Virus record (IMG/VR): IMGVR_UViG_3300014204_000004
Span: 39,710 to 103,709 of that record
Source: a virus
Taxonomy: Duplodnaviria; Caudoviricetes
Direction: 5' to 3' (one strand)
DNA: 64,000 bases
Below the pieces are notes generated by a model that was given only the letters and a program-made list of their open reading frames with translations, was not told where the DNA came from and did not search any database. The stretch's first letter is position 1, and each line of letters begins with the position of its first letter. The translations under genes and the position numbers were made by a program. Below, piece by piece: positions 19,960 to 29,903 of this stretch.

Positions 19960-21238
19960 TCTTTACCTCCTTATCGATTTCTTTGAGCCACTTTGATACG
20001 ACCTTGTTCTGCTGTGATGTGCATGACTTGTTGCATGACTGGAACTTCTGCACGATGCGCTTGGTTGCAGGGTCGTACTGTATATCAACCTCGCGCTTGT
20101 CATTGAGACGCAGACTAATGATAGGATATTTGCCATCAGAGTAGCCAGCTACACAGTTGTGCATCTTCTTGCCTTCAGACACGAACTCTTCTTCGCTGGA
20201 TAGCAAAACGAAATCGTAACCATCGATTGTTCTGTTGAGGTACTGATACGCCTCGACTGTTCTTTCCAAGGTCATCTTGCGCCTGTCTATCTCTGCCTTG
20301 TCACGTATGGCACGCATCTGTTCTTCGATACGTATATGCTCAGTGACAATTCTACGCAGGGCTACAACGTTCAGACGTAGGTCATCAAAGGTGGTGTGCG
20401 TGATGAAGCAGTGGTCTACGAACGTACTGTTGTGTCTGTTCAATATTGGAATGAGCTTATCACAGTCCTCTTTGCTGAGTAGCCTGTCAATAAACTTGTT
20501 AGTGACCTCTTCTTGCGATGCGAGATACGTTAACTGAATCACGTGTGTCTTGGACTTAAGCGTTCTCAAGGCACGTAGTATATGACCTTTGTCAAGATAC
20601 TGCATACCAGATTTAATGTGCCGTATATAGTTGGCGTTCAGATGCCTGACTTCTTTGTATATGGATTCAGGCAGACGAACCATGTTTGCAGGTGTCAGTG
20701 CTTTGAGGTCAACAAAGTCGTTAGCACACCAGTTTCTATAGGACAGGCGCACGAACTTGTTAGTGAACGTAGGCACATCATTCAGAAGGTAGGTAATCTG
20801 AGGTGATTGCACTAAGTACCACATGAACACAAGGTACTCTCGCAGACCATCGTAGCACTTTTTGACAGGCACTAATGCCTCAAGCATATCGAGATTGAGT
20901 GGAAAGAGTTTGCCAAAGACCGTGTCATACAGACCAAACAGAGCATCGATGACTTTCACTGCCTGATTGTTGTGTCTGGTCATTCTAGGCAGACGACAAT
21001 CAGCACTTGTGGACCACTTGAAAGGCACTACGTCTATGAACACGCCGTACTTAGGTGACTTTGTAAGTGTTGCTTTGCCATTTCTGAGCAATAGACTGTG
21101 TATATCCATGCGATGAAAGTCAAAGATGAGGTAGCGTTCGTCAGATTTATCTAGTCCATCGAACATGAAATTTTTGAGGATGAATATGCCATGCTCTTCG
21201 TCTAACCAGTACTGACCACCAATATCAAATTGCTTCAC
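19934..21238 (-). CDS. PcfJ-domain protein
   Basis: C-terminal EGKKMHNCVAGY motif followed by IISLR and IVQ...CN. Confidence 0.8.
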   Translation of the reverse strand: MKQFDIGGQYWLDEEHGIFILKNFMFDGLDKSDERYLIFDFHRMDIHSLLLRNGKATLTKSPKYGVFIDVVPFKWSTSADCRLPRMTRHNNQAVKVIDALFGLYDTVFGKLFPLNLDMLEALVPVKKCYDGLREYLVFMWYLVQSPQITYLLNDVPTFTNKFVRLSYRNWCANDFVDLKALTPANMVRLPESIYKEVRHLNANYIRHIKSGMQYLDKGHILRALRTLKSKTHVIQLTYLASQEEVTNKFIDRLLSKEDCDKLIPILNRHNSTFVDHCFITHTTFDDLRLNVVALRRIVTEHIRIEEQMRAIRDKAEIDRRKMTLERTVEAYQYLNRTIDGYDFVLLSSEEEFVSEGKKMHNCVAGYSDGKYPIISLRLNDKREVDIQYDPATKRIVQKFQSCNKSCTSQQNKVVSKWLKEIDKEVKNAEENVSR

Positions 21239-21477
21239 GTGTTACCTCCTTTCAAATGGAGTTGCTTATTATAGTTCTACCTTGCAGGATACGCCTACAA
21301 TGATATCTCTGTACCTGCTGTCACCCAGAATCAACATAGAGACTGTCTCGCACCTGATATCCGATACATCAATGCCTGTTATGTTCTTGAACTCTGTGAT
21401 TGCCGCCATTATCTTCTTCTCTGCCTCTTTCCTTGCATGTAAAATCTCAGCCATTGTGGGATTCTTCTCGTTCGCGC

Positions 21478-21795
21478 TCATCTTATATACACCTCGTCAA
21501 GTGTCTCAAATTTTTCCCACTCACCATCGAGTGGCAGGTTGTACTTCTCTTTCTCAAGGTGAGTAAACATATCGTAGAACATATCGACCCAACCCCATAT
21601 ATTCGACCAGTGCAGATTGTGGTCGCTCTTGCATCGAATGATATACAGTTCTACCTCACCTTTGCCGTCACACGTTCTGCATCCAACGAGCACACCTCTG
21701 AGCTTACGCATCAAGCGTACCTCGCCTGTCTTCTCATCGTAGATAAGCCCGTTGCTTCTGAACTTACCTTTGCCGTCACAATCGAAGCATTTCAT
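21478..21795 (-). CDS. DnaJ-type CxxCxGxG zinc finger protein
   Basis: CFDCDGKG and CRTCDGKG. Confidence 0.7.
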   Translation of the reverse strand: MKCFDCDGKGKFRSNGLIYDEKTGEVRLMRKLRGVLVGCRTCDGKGEVELYIIRCKSDHNLHWSNIWGWVDMFYDMFTHLEKEKYNLPLDGEWEKFETLDEVYIR

Positions 21796-22382
21796 TATGC
21801 GCTTTCCTCCGTGCCGCTGGTAGCGTGTTGTTTACTCTCAGCCTCAAGTTTACGCTCAGCCTCACGCTCGATTTTTCTAAGAGCTACACTGTACTCATAC
21901 TGTCGGTCTCTGAGCGTCTGATTCAAGTCGCCCAGGCTACGCCGTGCCTCTGCAAGTAGATTGAACAGATGCTTGTCTTTCTCGTGACAACTGGCGGCAT
22001 TTCTGATTGCGTAGGTAGTGGTCAACCTATCGGTAATAATCTTGGTCACGCTATCGACCGCCTCTTTCACGTACCTCGCGTCCCAGTCTTTGATTTCGAT
22101 ATGCACATCGTTGAGGTCTACGATGTGTTCCATCGCGTCTTCTATTCCGTTGGCCACGTACCACGCCAATGCTGTGCTTAAGTCGAGGTTGGGATTGCAA
22201 CCACACTCTTTAGGACAGCTACGCACCTTAGACAGATTTGCAGGTGTCACCTCAGTCTCGCACTTGTGGCACAACAGACGCAGACCTGCCTCGGCTTTGT
22301 TAATATCGGCTATGTACTTCTCGAACTGCTTCTTGGTGGGCAACAGTATTCTTTTCAGCTTGTTGTCTTCCTTACTGGTCAT
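21795..22382 (-). CDS. Zn-binding hypothetical protein (paralog pair)
   Basis: CHKC...CPKECGCN..L.TALAW shared with 22372-22938. Confidence 0.65.
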   Translation of the reverse strand: MTSKEDNKLKRILLPTKKQFEKYIADINKAEAGLRLLCHKCETEVTPANLSKVRSCPKECGCNPNLDLSTALAWYVANGIEDAMEHIVDLNDVHIEIKDWDARYVKEAVDSVTKIITDRLTTTYAIRNAASCHEKDKHLFNLLAEARRSLGDLNQTLRDRQYEYSVALRKIEREAERKLEAESKQHATSGTEESA

Positions 22383-22938
22383 TGCTTGCCTCCTTCTTAG
22401 CCTCTTGGTACTTTATGTACTCCAGGTCACGATTGTATGTGCTCAACCTACTACTCAGTTTGCGTATCAAGGTGCGTATCCAGAAGTAGGTGTCGTTGCA
22501 CATCTGACCAAGCTTGTCGGTCTGTTCGTGCTGGTCACAGACACGCATGAACGAGAAGATGATAGACGCGATGTTGGTAAGTTCCTTTATGGCGGTATCG
22601 AACTCGTATGTTATGTCGTTCGTTTCAAAGTGGCTTGGTGCGGCACACATATCTTTGAGGTACTTCATTGAGTCGTCTGCTTTTCTCAGTAACTCAGCTA
22701 TCTCCCAGGCAAGTGCGGTGTCTGTGCCAAGGTCCTTATTACAGCGGCACTCTCTTGGACAGAGAATCAACGCGTGAAGTTTGGCTTTGGTGTAAAAGCC
22801 AAGTGCAGACTTGCACTTGTGGCAATATGCTCTGAAATTGTACTCCCTTGTACCTATGTCTTTGATAAACTCGTTTATGTCCTTGACCTTGAATAACAAT
22901 CTGCTCCGTTGCAACTTGCGAACCTCTTTGTCAGTCAT
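22372..22938 (-). CDS. Zn-binding hypothetical protein (paralog pair)
   Basis: CHKC...CPRECRCN..L.TALAW. Confidence 0.65.
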   Translation of the reverse strand: MTDKEVRKLQRSRLLFKVKDINEFIKDIGTREYNFRAYCHKCKSALGFYTKAKLHALILCPRECRCNKDLGTDTALAWEIAELLRKADDSMKYLKDMCAAPSHFETNDITYEFDTAIKELTNIASIIFSFMRVCDQHEQTDKLGQMCNDTYFWIRTLIRKLSSRLSTYNRDLEYIKYQEAKKEASNDQ

Positions 22939-23131
22939 CTGTCACCTCGTTTGTCTTTTCGTAACACACCTCACAGTACAACTTGCCATCTTCCTCACTG
23001 ACAATGCTATCGTCTACATTGTACCACTGACCACACTTGGCGCATTTGAACTCGTCAACGTAGGTACGGTAGGTCATGTCGCTACTTCTGCGCCTCATAC
23101 CATCTTCACTGTACCTCACCTCACGGGGCAT
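22931..23131 (-). CDS. small zinc-ribbon protein
   Basis: CAKC...YCEVCY. Confidence 0.6.
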   Translation of the reverse strand: MPREVRYSEDGMRRRSSDMTYRTYVDEFKCAKCGQWYNVDDSIVSEEDGKLYCEVCYEKTNEVTDD

Positions 23132-23355
23132 GTCGTCACCTCACGCAGTATTTCTCTGTCTCGTAGAATCTTCACGTACTGGTTATACACAGACTGTTTG
23201 TTGCCTCGCAGACCAAACTCTTTCTTGATTGCACCATAAGCAGACTTGCCACTGCTATGTGCCATGCCTTTAATCTCAAGTGTAAGAGCCGCCTTAAGAG
23301 CGAGTAAACGGTAAGCTTCGATACTTGAACCAGTTAAAACTTGCGTATCATTCAT
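23116..23355 (-). CDS. hypothetical protein
   Basis: AAGGAGG RBS before the ATG at 23355 (MNDTQVL...). Confidence 0.6.
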   Translation of the reverse strand: MNDTQVLTGSSIEAYRLLALKAALTLEIKGMAHSSGKSAYGAIKKEFGLRGNKQSVYNQYVKILRDREILREVTTCPVR

Positions 23356-24227
23356 GTGCCCTCCTTCGGCGCGTATAAAAAAGAGAGGTGAGGTAGACGA
23401 GGAGAGGTGAGCTTGTCGTTTCATCAGGCCACTCATGATCGCCCTCCGCGGTAGCTACGCGCTACACTCACCTCGACACATTCTAATGCCACCTCAAGGT
23501 TGCGACCCTTGCTCAGTAAAGATGACAATTGTGCCACTACCTCATCTACCTCTTATAACCCCTCAAATACAACCACTACTCTTGTACTACGCCTCGATAT
23601 TATAAACTACTCTGGTTACTACGGATCAGTTTGTATACTCTCACAACTCAAGTAAGCCACGAACTCAGCGTGGTACTCACTACACAAATGGTGCAGGTTC
23701 AATGTGAGCTAGAATAAATTCTACCTCTGCAACATAACCACACTCACCAGTGGTACATCTATATGCACCACGTATTACAAAGTTTAATACCTGAACTACC
23801 TAAAACCTCGTATTAAAATGCACGTAAAACCTCATTAAACCAATAACTCAGGTTATTAATACCTGTACATGATATTACCTCCTTATATTACCACTAACCA
23901 AACCACATCAGCCACCTAACCACAGTCTAATAAGGTAGAATTGAACCAGTCTAGCCACGAAAAGAGCATACTACGGGAAGCACTGATAAACCTGAATAGT
24001 ATAACTTCCCTGCGTATGTATACTTATACTCGTTATTTCTTTACTTACCTCTTTAACCTCTATTCTTTTCAATCTACTCTTGCATATTCACACACAGTAG
24101 AGAACATAACAAAATGAGGTAAGGGCATAGTCAAGTATAGCCAAAAGTATGCCAGGTTATAGTCAAAATTACGTTTCCATGTATAAAACGTGTATAAAAG
24201 GTGGCACGGTCTAATCCTTATTTGTAC

Positions 24228-24500
24228 CTAGCCCTCTACCTCGTCTGACATGGTAGCAAGGGAATCAGCTATACCTACTACTTCAGCCTTGCTCTGCTTA
24301 TTGAACAGACTGGGGCGCATGATTCTCTTGGCAATGTTAAGGCTCTTGTCTGCTACGTGTCTCATATGCGCTTCTGCTACTGCCTTTCTGTGTGCCTTGA
24401 TAACTGGTGACAACTGTGCGGCACAGGTCTCCATTGCATTGGTGCATTTCTTTTTGGTTCGTGGGCAGTAATTGCCACCTTTACGAATAGTACATTTCAT
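24228..24500 (-). CDS. hypothetical protein
   Basis: GAGGTG RBS, 90 aa. Confidence 0.5.
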   Translation of the reverse strand: MKCTIRKGGNYCPRTKKKCTNAMETCAAQLSPVIKAHRKAVAEAHMRHVADKSLNIAKRIMRPSLFNKQSKAEVVGIADSLATMSDEVEG

Positions 24501-24702
24501 TGGTTCACCTCTGGTTTATATTTTATTGGTGCATTTCGTCTTTAAGGTAGACAGATTGAGGCACGCAGGAAAGGAGAACAGAACCTACGTGCCTCGCACC
24601 ATCTTTGGAGGTAGCACATGAGGTACATTTAGAAAGAGGCACACTTGTTTAGAGTGCACCTCTTCATATATGTGGTGAGGTTAATTCACCTTTGAACCAG
24701 TA

Positions 24703-24975
24703 CTACGCGGCTTTCGAGGCCTTCTTGTCTGCAACCAGGCCGAACTCTTTCGCTTTCTTGACCATGAGCCTGCCGAGTCTCTTGTGACCAGCACCGAGGT
24801 AATTGGTGGCCCAGAAACCTGCGAAGGCACGCTGTACCTTTGCATCGAGACGGTTAAACACCTTCTCTGCCTCTGCGGCTGCCGCATCCATTGCCGCCGG
24901 GTCGAACGTGCGCTCTTCTTTGGCTTCTGCTTTTGGTGCGCTATTCTTTTTGCTGGTGGTTGTTTTGGTAGCCAT
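24703..24975 (-). CDS. small Ala/Lys-rich protein
   Basis: AGGAGG RBS, 90 aa. Confidence 0.65.
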   Translation of the reverse strand: MATKTTTSKKNSAPKAEAKEERTFDPAAMDAAAAEAEKVFNRLDAKVQRAFAGFWATNYLGAGHKRLGRLMVKKAKEFGLVADKKASKAA

Positions 24976-25090
24976 GATTTGCCCTCCTAAGGCTCGTCTG
25001 CGTGGTGCATTTCCCTAGCCACCACGCAGGTGACTGATTCTACCTCCTGAACACGAGCACGGCCATAAGTATGACGAACAGCAGGTCCAG

Positions 25091-25696
25091 CTATTTGCCT
25101 TTTTTGGCGGTGCCTTTCTTCGCCGGTGCGTCTTTCTTGGTGACTGCTTTCTTTGCCGGTGCAGGTGACTCTTTCTTGGTGACCGGTTTCTTCGCGTCTG
25201 TCTTTTTGGCCGGCTTGGTGGCCTCTTTGGTGACTTTCTTTGCTTTCACAGGTGCTTCTGCCTTTGCCTTTGCGGCAACGCGGTACACTACGCAGACCTG
25301 GCCTGTGCCGTTGGTGTCAGCCATGCGCCGCAACTCGCCATCTTTGACCTGGTACACGCCGTCTTCGAGCTTGATACCTTTGGTCTTGACTGTCGTACCG
25401 AAGGCATCCCAGTTGGACGCGGCACCACGACCGAAACCTGACCGCCTCACCTCTTTACCATTGACGCCTTTGACTGTTACTGCTTTTGCCTTTACTGCCT
25501 TTACTGCCTTTTTCGTAGCCATTGGTGGCCTCCCTCTGTTAGTAGATTGTGGTTCGGTTGCACCTTCACCTTCACCATCACCTTTGTGCCTGCCGTATTC
25601 CTCGGCGAGCCTCTCGAACGCAGGTGTATTTAACGCGCCTGCATTGAGCAAGGCAATGGCATCGGCTCTGATGGTGTCTATGGACATGGTACGCAC
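25091..25696 (-). CDS. histone-H1-like Lys/Ala-rich DNA-binding protein
   Basis: C-terminal PAKK/TKK repeats; internal GGAGG-ATG at 25522. Confidence 0.65.
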   Translation of the reverse strand: MRTMSIDTIRADAIALLNAGALNTPAFERLAEEYGRHKGDGEGEGATEPQSTNRGRPPMATKKAVKAVKAKAVTVKGVNGKEVRRSGFGRGAASNWDAFGTTVKTKGIKLEDGVYQVKDGELRRMADTNGTGQVCVVYRVAAKAKAEAPVKAKKVTKEATKPAKKTDAKKPVTKKESPAPAKKAVTKKDAPAKKGTAKKGK

Positions 25697-25779
25697 CTCA
25701 CCTTTTTAATTGCATGGGTTTATACAACCCATGTGATGACTCGGTTCGTCTGAACACGGTCATCTCTGCTGTATGAAAC

Positions 25780-25808
25780 ATTATATTACATATCATATTA
25801 CAATGCAA
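25780..25808 (-). promoter_or_regulatory. sigma70-like promoter
   Basis: TTGCAT-17nt-TATAAT. Confidence 0.7.
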
Positions 25809-26142
25809 CAGTTATTTTTCGACAGTAATTTCAACAAGTTATAGCGCAAAGCGGACTATAGCTGGTCGTAAAGCCACATAATACCACGTCATTTCGATGA
25901 GTACCGCCCGCGGCACGCACACGAGAGAGCACCGAACCATGGCTCGGACTAGCTAATGCCAAGGTCAAAGCCGAGGAACAGTGGCCCCTTCCCGTGGGCC
26001 GAGCGCGCCGAAACATATACTACCTATACGTGGTGATTGCTTTAACAGCCGTCAACACTATGTGGCTATCGAACTATCTACATACACACCTCCTTCGGTT
26101 TATTTACTGGGCGCTACTCTTGAGGGATAATGTTGCTACTGC

Positions 26143-26472
26143 TTAGCCTCTCATTCTTATAGAGGGCTGTCTGGTCTTGAACGCTACGGGAATACCATCG
26201 TCGACCTTTTGAATCTCCTGTTTCAGGTTCTTCTTCAACCTCCTTATCTCGTTCTTCATCATCTTGGTGTTCTCGTTCTTAATAATGTAGTTACCGAGCC
26301 GCTGTTCAAGATGTGCAATCTGCGCCCTCAGGATGTTAATGTAATTCTCCCGTATCTGCTGACCGCGTGTTGGTATCACCTCCTGTTTCTTCTTGCGCCT
26401 CTTCTTACGTTTCTTCTTGACCAATACTAAGGGCTGTTTGAGGATGATTCTGATAATGTCTGCTACTGTCAT
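26143..26472 (-). CDS. basic coiled-coil hypothetical protein
   Basis: GGAGG RBS, KKKRKKRRKKK tract. Confidence 0.55.
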   Translation of the reverse strand: MTVADIIRIILKQPLVLVKKKRKKRRKKKQEVIPTRGQQIRENYINILRAQIAHLEQRLGNYIIKNENTKMMKNEIRRLKKNLKQEIQKVDDGIPVAFKTRQPSIRMRG

Positions 26473-26525
26473 GATGTGCTACCTCCTTTTAAGTGATGGG
26501 ATGTAAAGTCCCACTGTGTGTTTGC

Positions 26526-27029
26526 CTACCTTCTCGATACTCTGATTATCGAACCAATATTGATAACGTCGAACTCGATAGCGTGGCCATCAAGTTCAAT
26601 CTCGCGCTCACCGTTCTCATCGATAGGTCCAAAGAACTGGTGAATGATTTCGAGCACTCTCTTTACAACAGGTGCTCTCATCTCTTTCCAAGGGATGCGA
26701 TTGAGGTCTGGTTTGCAACCTGCTTCGTAGCATCTCTGCATCTGTTTCTTTAATTCTCTGAGGTCGATGTCAACAAAGGGAGTCTTACCGGCTCCCTTCT
26801 TGGTAATAGATTCAGCTTCTCTTTGCTGTTTCACTATTACTCTTCTCTGTGCATCAACATCTACCATCTTAGCAGGTGCAGGCATACCCTGACCGAACGC
26901 CTCTTTAAGACGCGCTGTTGCCTTAGCAAAGCGGTCTTCAGTGATTGGTACTAGAGGTTCAGATGCTACCTCTTTGTGTGATACAATGGTGACGAGACCT
27001 TTGTTTGTGTAAACGGTTCTTCTCTTCAT
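26526..27029 (-). CDS. hypothetical protein
   Basis: AGGAGG RBS, 167 aa. Confidence 0.6.
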   Translation of the reverse strand: MKRRTVYTNKGLVTIVSHKEVASEPLVPITEDRFAKATARLKEAFGQGMPAPAKMVDVDAQRRVIVKQQREAESITKKGAGKTPFVDIDLRELKKQMQRCYEAGCKPDLNRIPWKEMRAPVVKRVLEIIHQFFGPIDENGEREIELDGHAIEFDVINIGSIIRVSRR

Positions 27030-27269
27030 GATTTACTTCCTCCTTAATTGATTGAGTAACTACGCGAGTGTGCCACCAACTGCTCGTTTCTGTAAACGTC
27101 AGTGATGAACCAGTACTTATACTTCGGGTCTGGTCTCTGAATGATGGTAGTTCCAAACAATATGTACCACATTTCGATACGGCTGACGACTGATGCTAAG
27201 TTCATTTGCTACCTCCTAGTTTTGTAGAGGGGAAGACGTGTGCCTCCCCTCTCGACTTGAAATGAGTGA

Positions 27270-28091
27270 CTACTTGCTGAGTTTGATGTACCTTACACAG
27301 ACATGAACCTCTTTTGCTACGTAGACATACGGTCTGTCGCTCAGTACTTCAACTACGATTGCTTTACCTTTGTACTGTGCTCTGAACTTCTCGACAATCG
27401 CTTTGTCCTTCGCTGTTGCTCTTATCTCGAACTCTTCGAGAGCCTTTGCGTTCTTGCCTGCGTTCTTTCTGATGAAGACGGTGAGGTTGTGAGTATCGGT
27501 GGTGAGTTTGCGTTTCAACACGGTGACTGATGCTTTGTCGATGAGGTACACTTTGTCGGTCTTAGGGTCAAGCTCGACCTTGTTGTTGTACTTTGCAAGC
27601 GACTCTCTCACGGTGACTTCTGAACGGATGAAGTTGTGTTTTGGTGCTTCTACCTTCTTTGTACCTTTCTTCATGGCTTTCTCCTTCTTGTTAGTAGTAG
27701 TCGCTTTAACAGCGACCTTCTTGGTTGCAACTGCAGGCTTCTTAACTTCTGCTTTCTTCGTTGTCTTCTTCACGAGTGCTACCTCCTTTTTGGTGTTTGC
27801 TTTCTTGACAGGTGCTTTCACTGCGGTCTTCTTGGTTGCTACTGCTTTGGTCTCAACTGCGGCTGTCTCGGCTTTCTTTGTTGTCTTAGGCATGGTGGTC
27901 TCCTTTTTAGTATTTGTTTTGGTATCTAATACTGCGTTTGCTTTTGCGAGGTACGCCTCAACTGCCAGACGCTCTTCCTCTTTCTTCTTCTTCTGGACGT
28001 CATACACGGTTTCGATTGGTGCAGGTGCAGGTGTCTTCTTTGTTGCAACGACGGGTGCTACGACTTTTGTGCTCTTTCTTGCGATTGCCAT
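27270..28091 (-). CDS. histone-like Lys/Ala/Thr-rich protein with a globular C-terminal domain
   Basis: Repeated ATKK/TTKKAE; three internal in-frame SD+start sites. Confidence 0.7.
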   Translation of the reverse strand: MAIARKSTKVVAPVVATKKTPAPAPIETVYDVQKKKKEEERLAVEAYLAKANAVLDTKTNTKKETTMPKTTKKAETAAVETKAVATKKTAVKAPVKKANTKKEVALVKKTTKKAEVKKPAVATKKVAVKATTTNKKEKAMKKGTKKVEAPKHNFIRSEVTVRESLAKYNNKVELDPKTDKVYLIDKASVTVLKRKLTTDTHNLTVFIRKNAGKNAKALEEFEIRATAKDKAIVEKFRAQYKGKAIVVEVLSDRPYVYVAKEVHVCVRYIKLSK

Positions 28092-28168
28092 GATTATCTA
28101 CCTCCAAGTAGTTGTCTGCGAGGTGGCGTATCTTTCAACACCACCTCTTGAATTGTCGTGTTCAAGTG

Positions 28169-28933
28169 CTAGTCTGCGTCTATCTGCTCATCTAAATCGG
28201 TATACGGGTTACCTTCAGGCATATCGATGCCACAGTGGTCTTTGTAAGTCATTGCACACTCGTTGCACATCCGACCAGCGAATATACCAAAGCTGTACCT
28301 TCGGTCAACGGTTGCTTTTACTTCACCACACTTTCTGCAGGTGTACTCGCTCTGCTTACCAATGTACAGGCTCTTGAGTTTGAGGCACTGTTCTTCAGTA
28401 AACAAGACGCGTGACGGTTCAGCAGGTAACATCTCAAGGTCTGGCAATAAGGTGGGCAGGTCCAAGTCAATGGCTACCTTTGTTACCTCTTCGACGCTGT
28501 TAACCTCGACATCGGTCTTCAGCGTTCTCCAATCACCACTCTGTGTTTCAAAGAATATCGCGTACTTCATTTTGTTACCTCCTTGTTTGATTGCTACCTT
28601 CTTGTTCGACTCATACTCCGTCCATACAGCAAACCCTATACTGAACTTGCTGTCGTACCACCCAAAGTAAATCTTCTCTCCGGTCTTGTAAGTAATCTCA
28701 ATGACTGTCTTGTTGTCGATGTGCGCGTCAATGCCTCTCTGCTGAGCCTCAGCTATGAGATTGTCTCTGAGCTTTGAGAACTCATCGTTGTGCTTGTACT
28801 CAACCTCAAGCACTCTCTTGTGTACGCCGCTTGTGTATGCGTAGAACGCAGTTACTTCTGCATCGAAGGGCACGAACAACCGCAAATCCCTCCAGTAATG
28901 AAACCTTTTTCCGTTAATCTCTATCATTTCCAT
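28169..28933 (-). CDS. hypothetical protein with C-terminal zinc finger
   Basis: GGAGG RBS; CRKC...CNEC. Confidence 0.6.
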   Translation of the reverse strand: MEMIEINGKRFHYWRDLRLFVPFDAEVTAFYAYTSGVHKRVLEVEYKHNDEFSKLRDNLIAEAQQRGIDAHIDNKTVIEITYKTGEKIYFGWYDSKFSIGFAVWTEYESNKKVAIKQGGNKMKYAIFFETQSGDWRTLKTDVEVNSVEEVTKVAIDLDLPTLLPDLEMLPAEPSRVLFTEEQCLKLKSLYIGKQSEYTCRKCGEVKATVDRRYSFGIFAGRMCNECAMTYKDHCGIDMPEGNPYTDLDEQIDAD

Positions 28934-29903
28934 TTGCTACCTCCATTGAATAGATTGTCTCGTTTGGTAGAAGCGCACTCTCACCACGTGCAGGTAGAGA
29001 TTTAGAGAGCAGAGGTACACTTAGTGCGCTCTAAGTCGCACATCGGTGTACCTCGATTAGATTGTCAGGGTTTAAACAACCCTGTTAGCCAAGCATCTCT
29101 TTGAGGCACTTGTCGCATGTATTGGTGTTCTTCGGGTCATCGACCTTACCACCACATACACAGCAACCACTCATACCCTTGCCAGCCCTTAGCCTTCTGA
29201 ACGATGCTCTCACTGCTTCGACCAGTACTGTCTGTGGCACGCTACCAGTTACTACGATTACAGGATTCTTCATTGTGTTACTCCTTTTAGTTTTCTGTGT
29301 TTCTCTCTCTGCTACCAGCCTCTTCGATTACAAAAGTGTTGACACGTTCTACGATGCTGTCACTCATGCCTGCACCATAGCTCAGTGTAGGTACATGTGT
29401 TGCACATGTTACACACCTTGCACACATGTAGCACTCACAGTTCAGTACTACCTCTTCAGCGATGCTCTTCAACTCTTCTGCAACGACGTAATCTTTACAC
29501 ATCATGCACCTCCCAATGCTAATGTCATTGCCACAAAGCACATCACTACAATCAATAGACCATAAAAGAACTCACTCATTGCAACCTCCTTTTGTATTAT
29601 GCTTCCATGAAACGAATAGAACGTCTTTACCAATCTTACGATGACGTGACCTGTCAGTACTTCTGCACACTTGTCAGGATGAATACACTCACAGCAACGT
29701 GTACCACAGTTGATGAACCACTTAGATGCTGTCATGCACTACCTCCATTGATTGATGATTAACTCTACTTTCTGTACCACTTACCAACGATGCTCATGCA
29801 CCAGTGCATTGCTATCTTGCTACCAACTACATACTTCAGTACTCTATACAGCTTCACCCAATGCGTCGCTTTCACTACTCTCTTCATGTCTCTCTCCTTT
29901 AGT

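Noticed and set aside
23415-23430. Hammerhead ribozyme (CTGATGA on the - strand)
   Set aside because: No stem II followed by GAAA, and no matching cleavage-site arms found
27499-28377. Long + strand ORFs opposite the Lys/Ala-rich genes (also 25071-25709)
   Set aside because: Antisense mirrors of biased codon usage; the - strand ORFs have the RBSs
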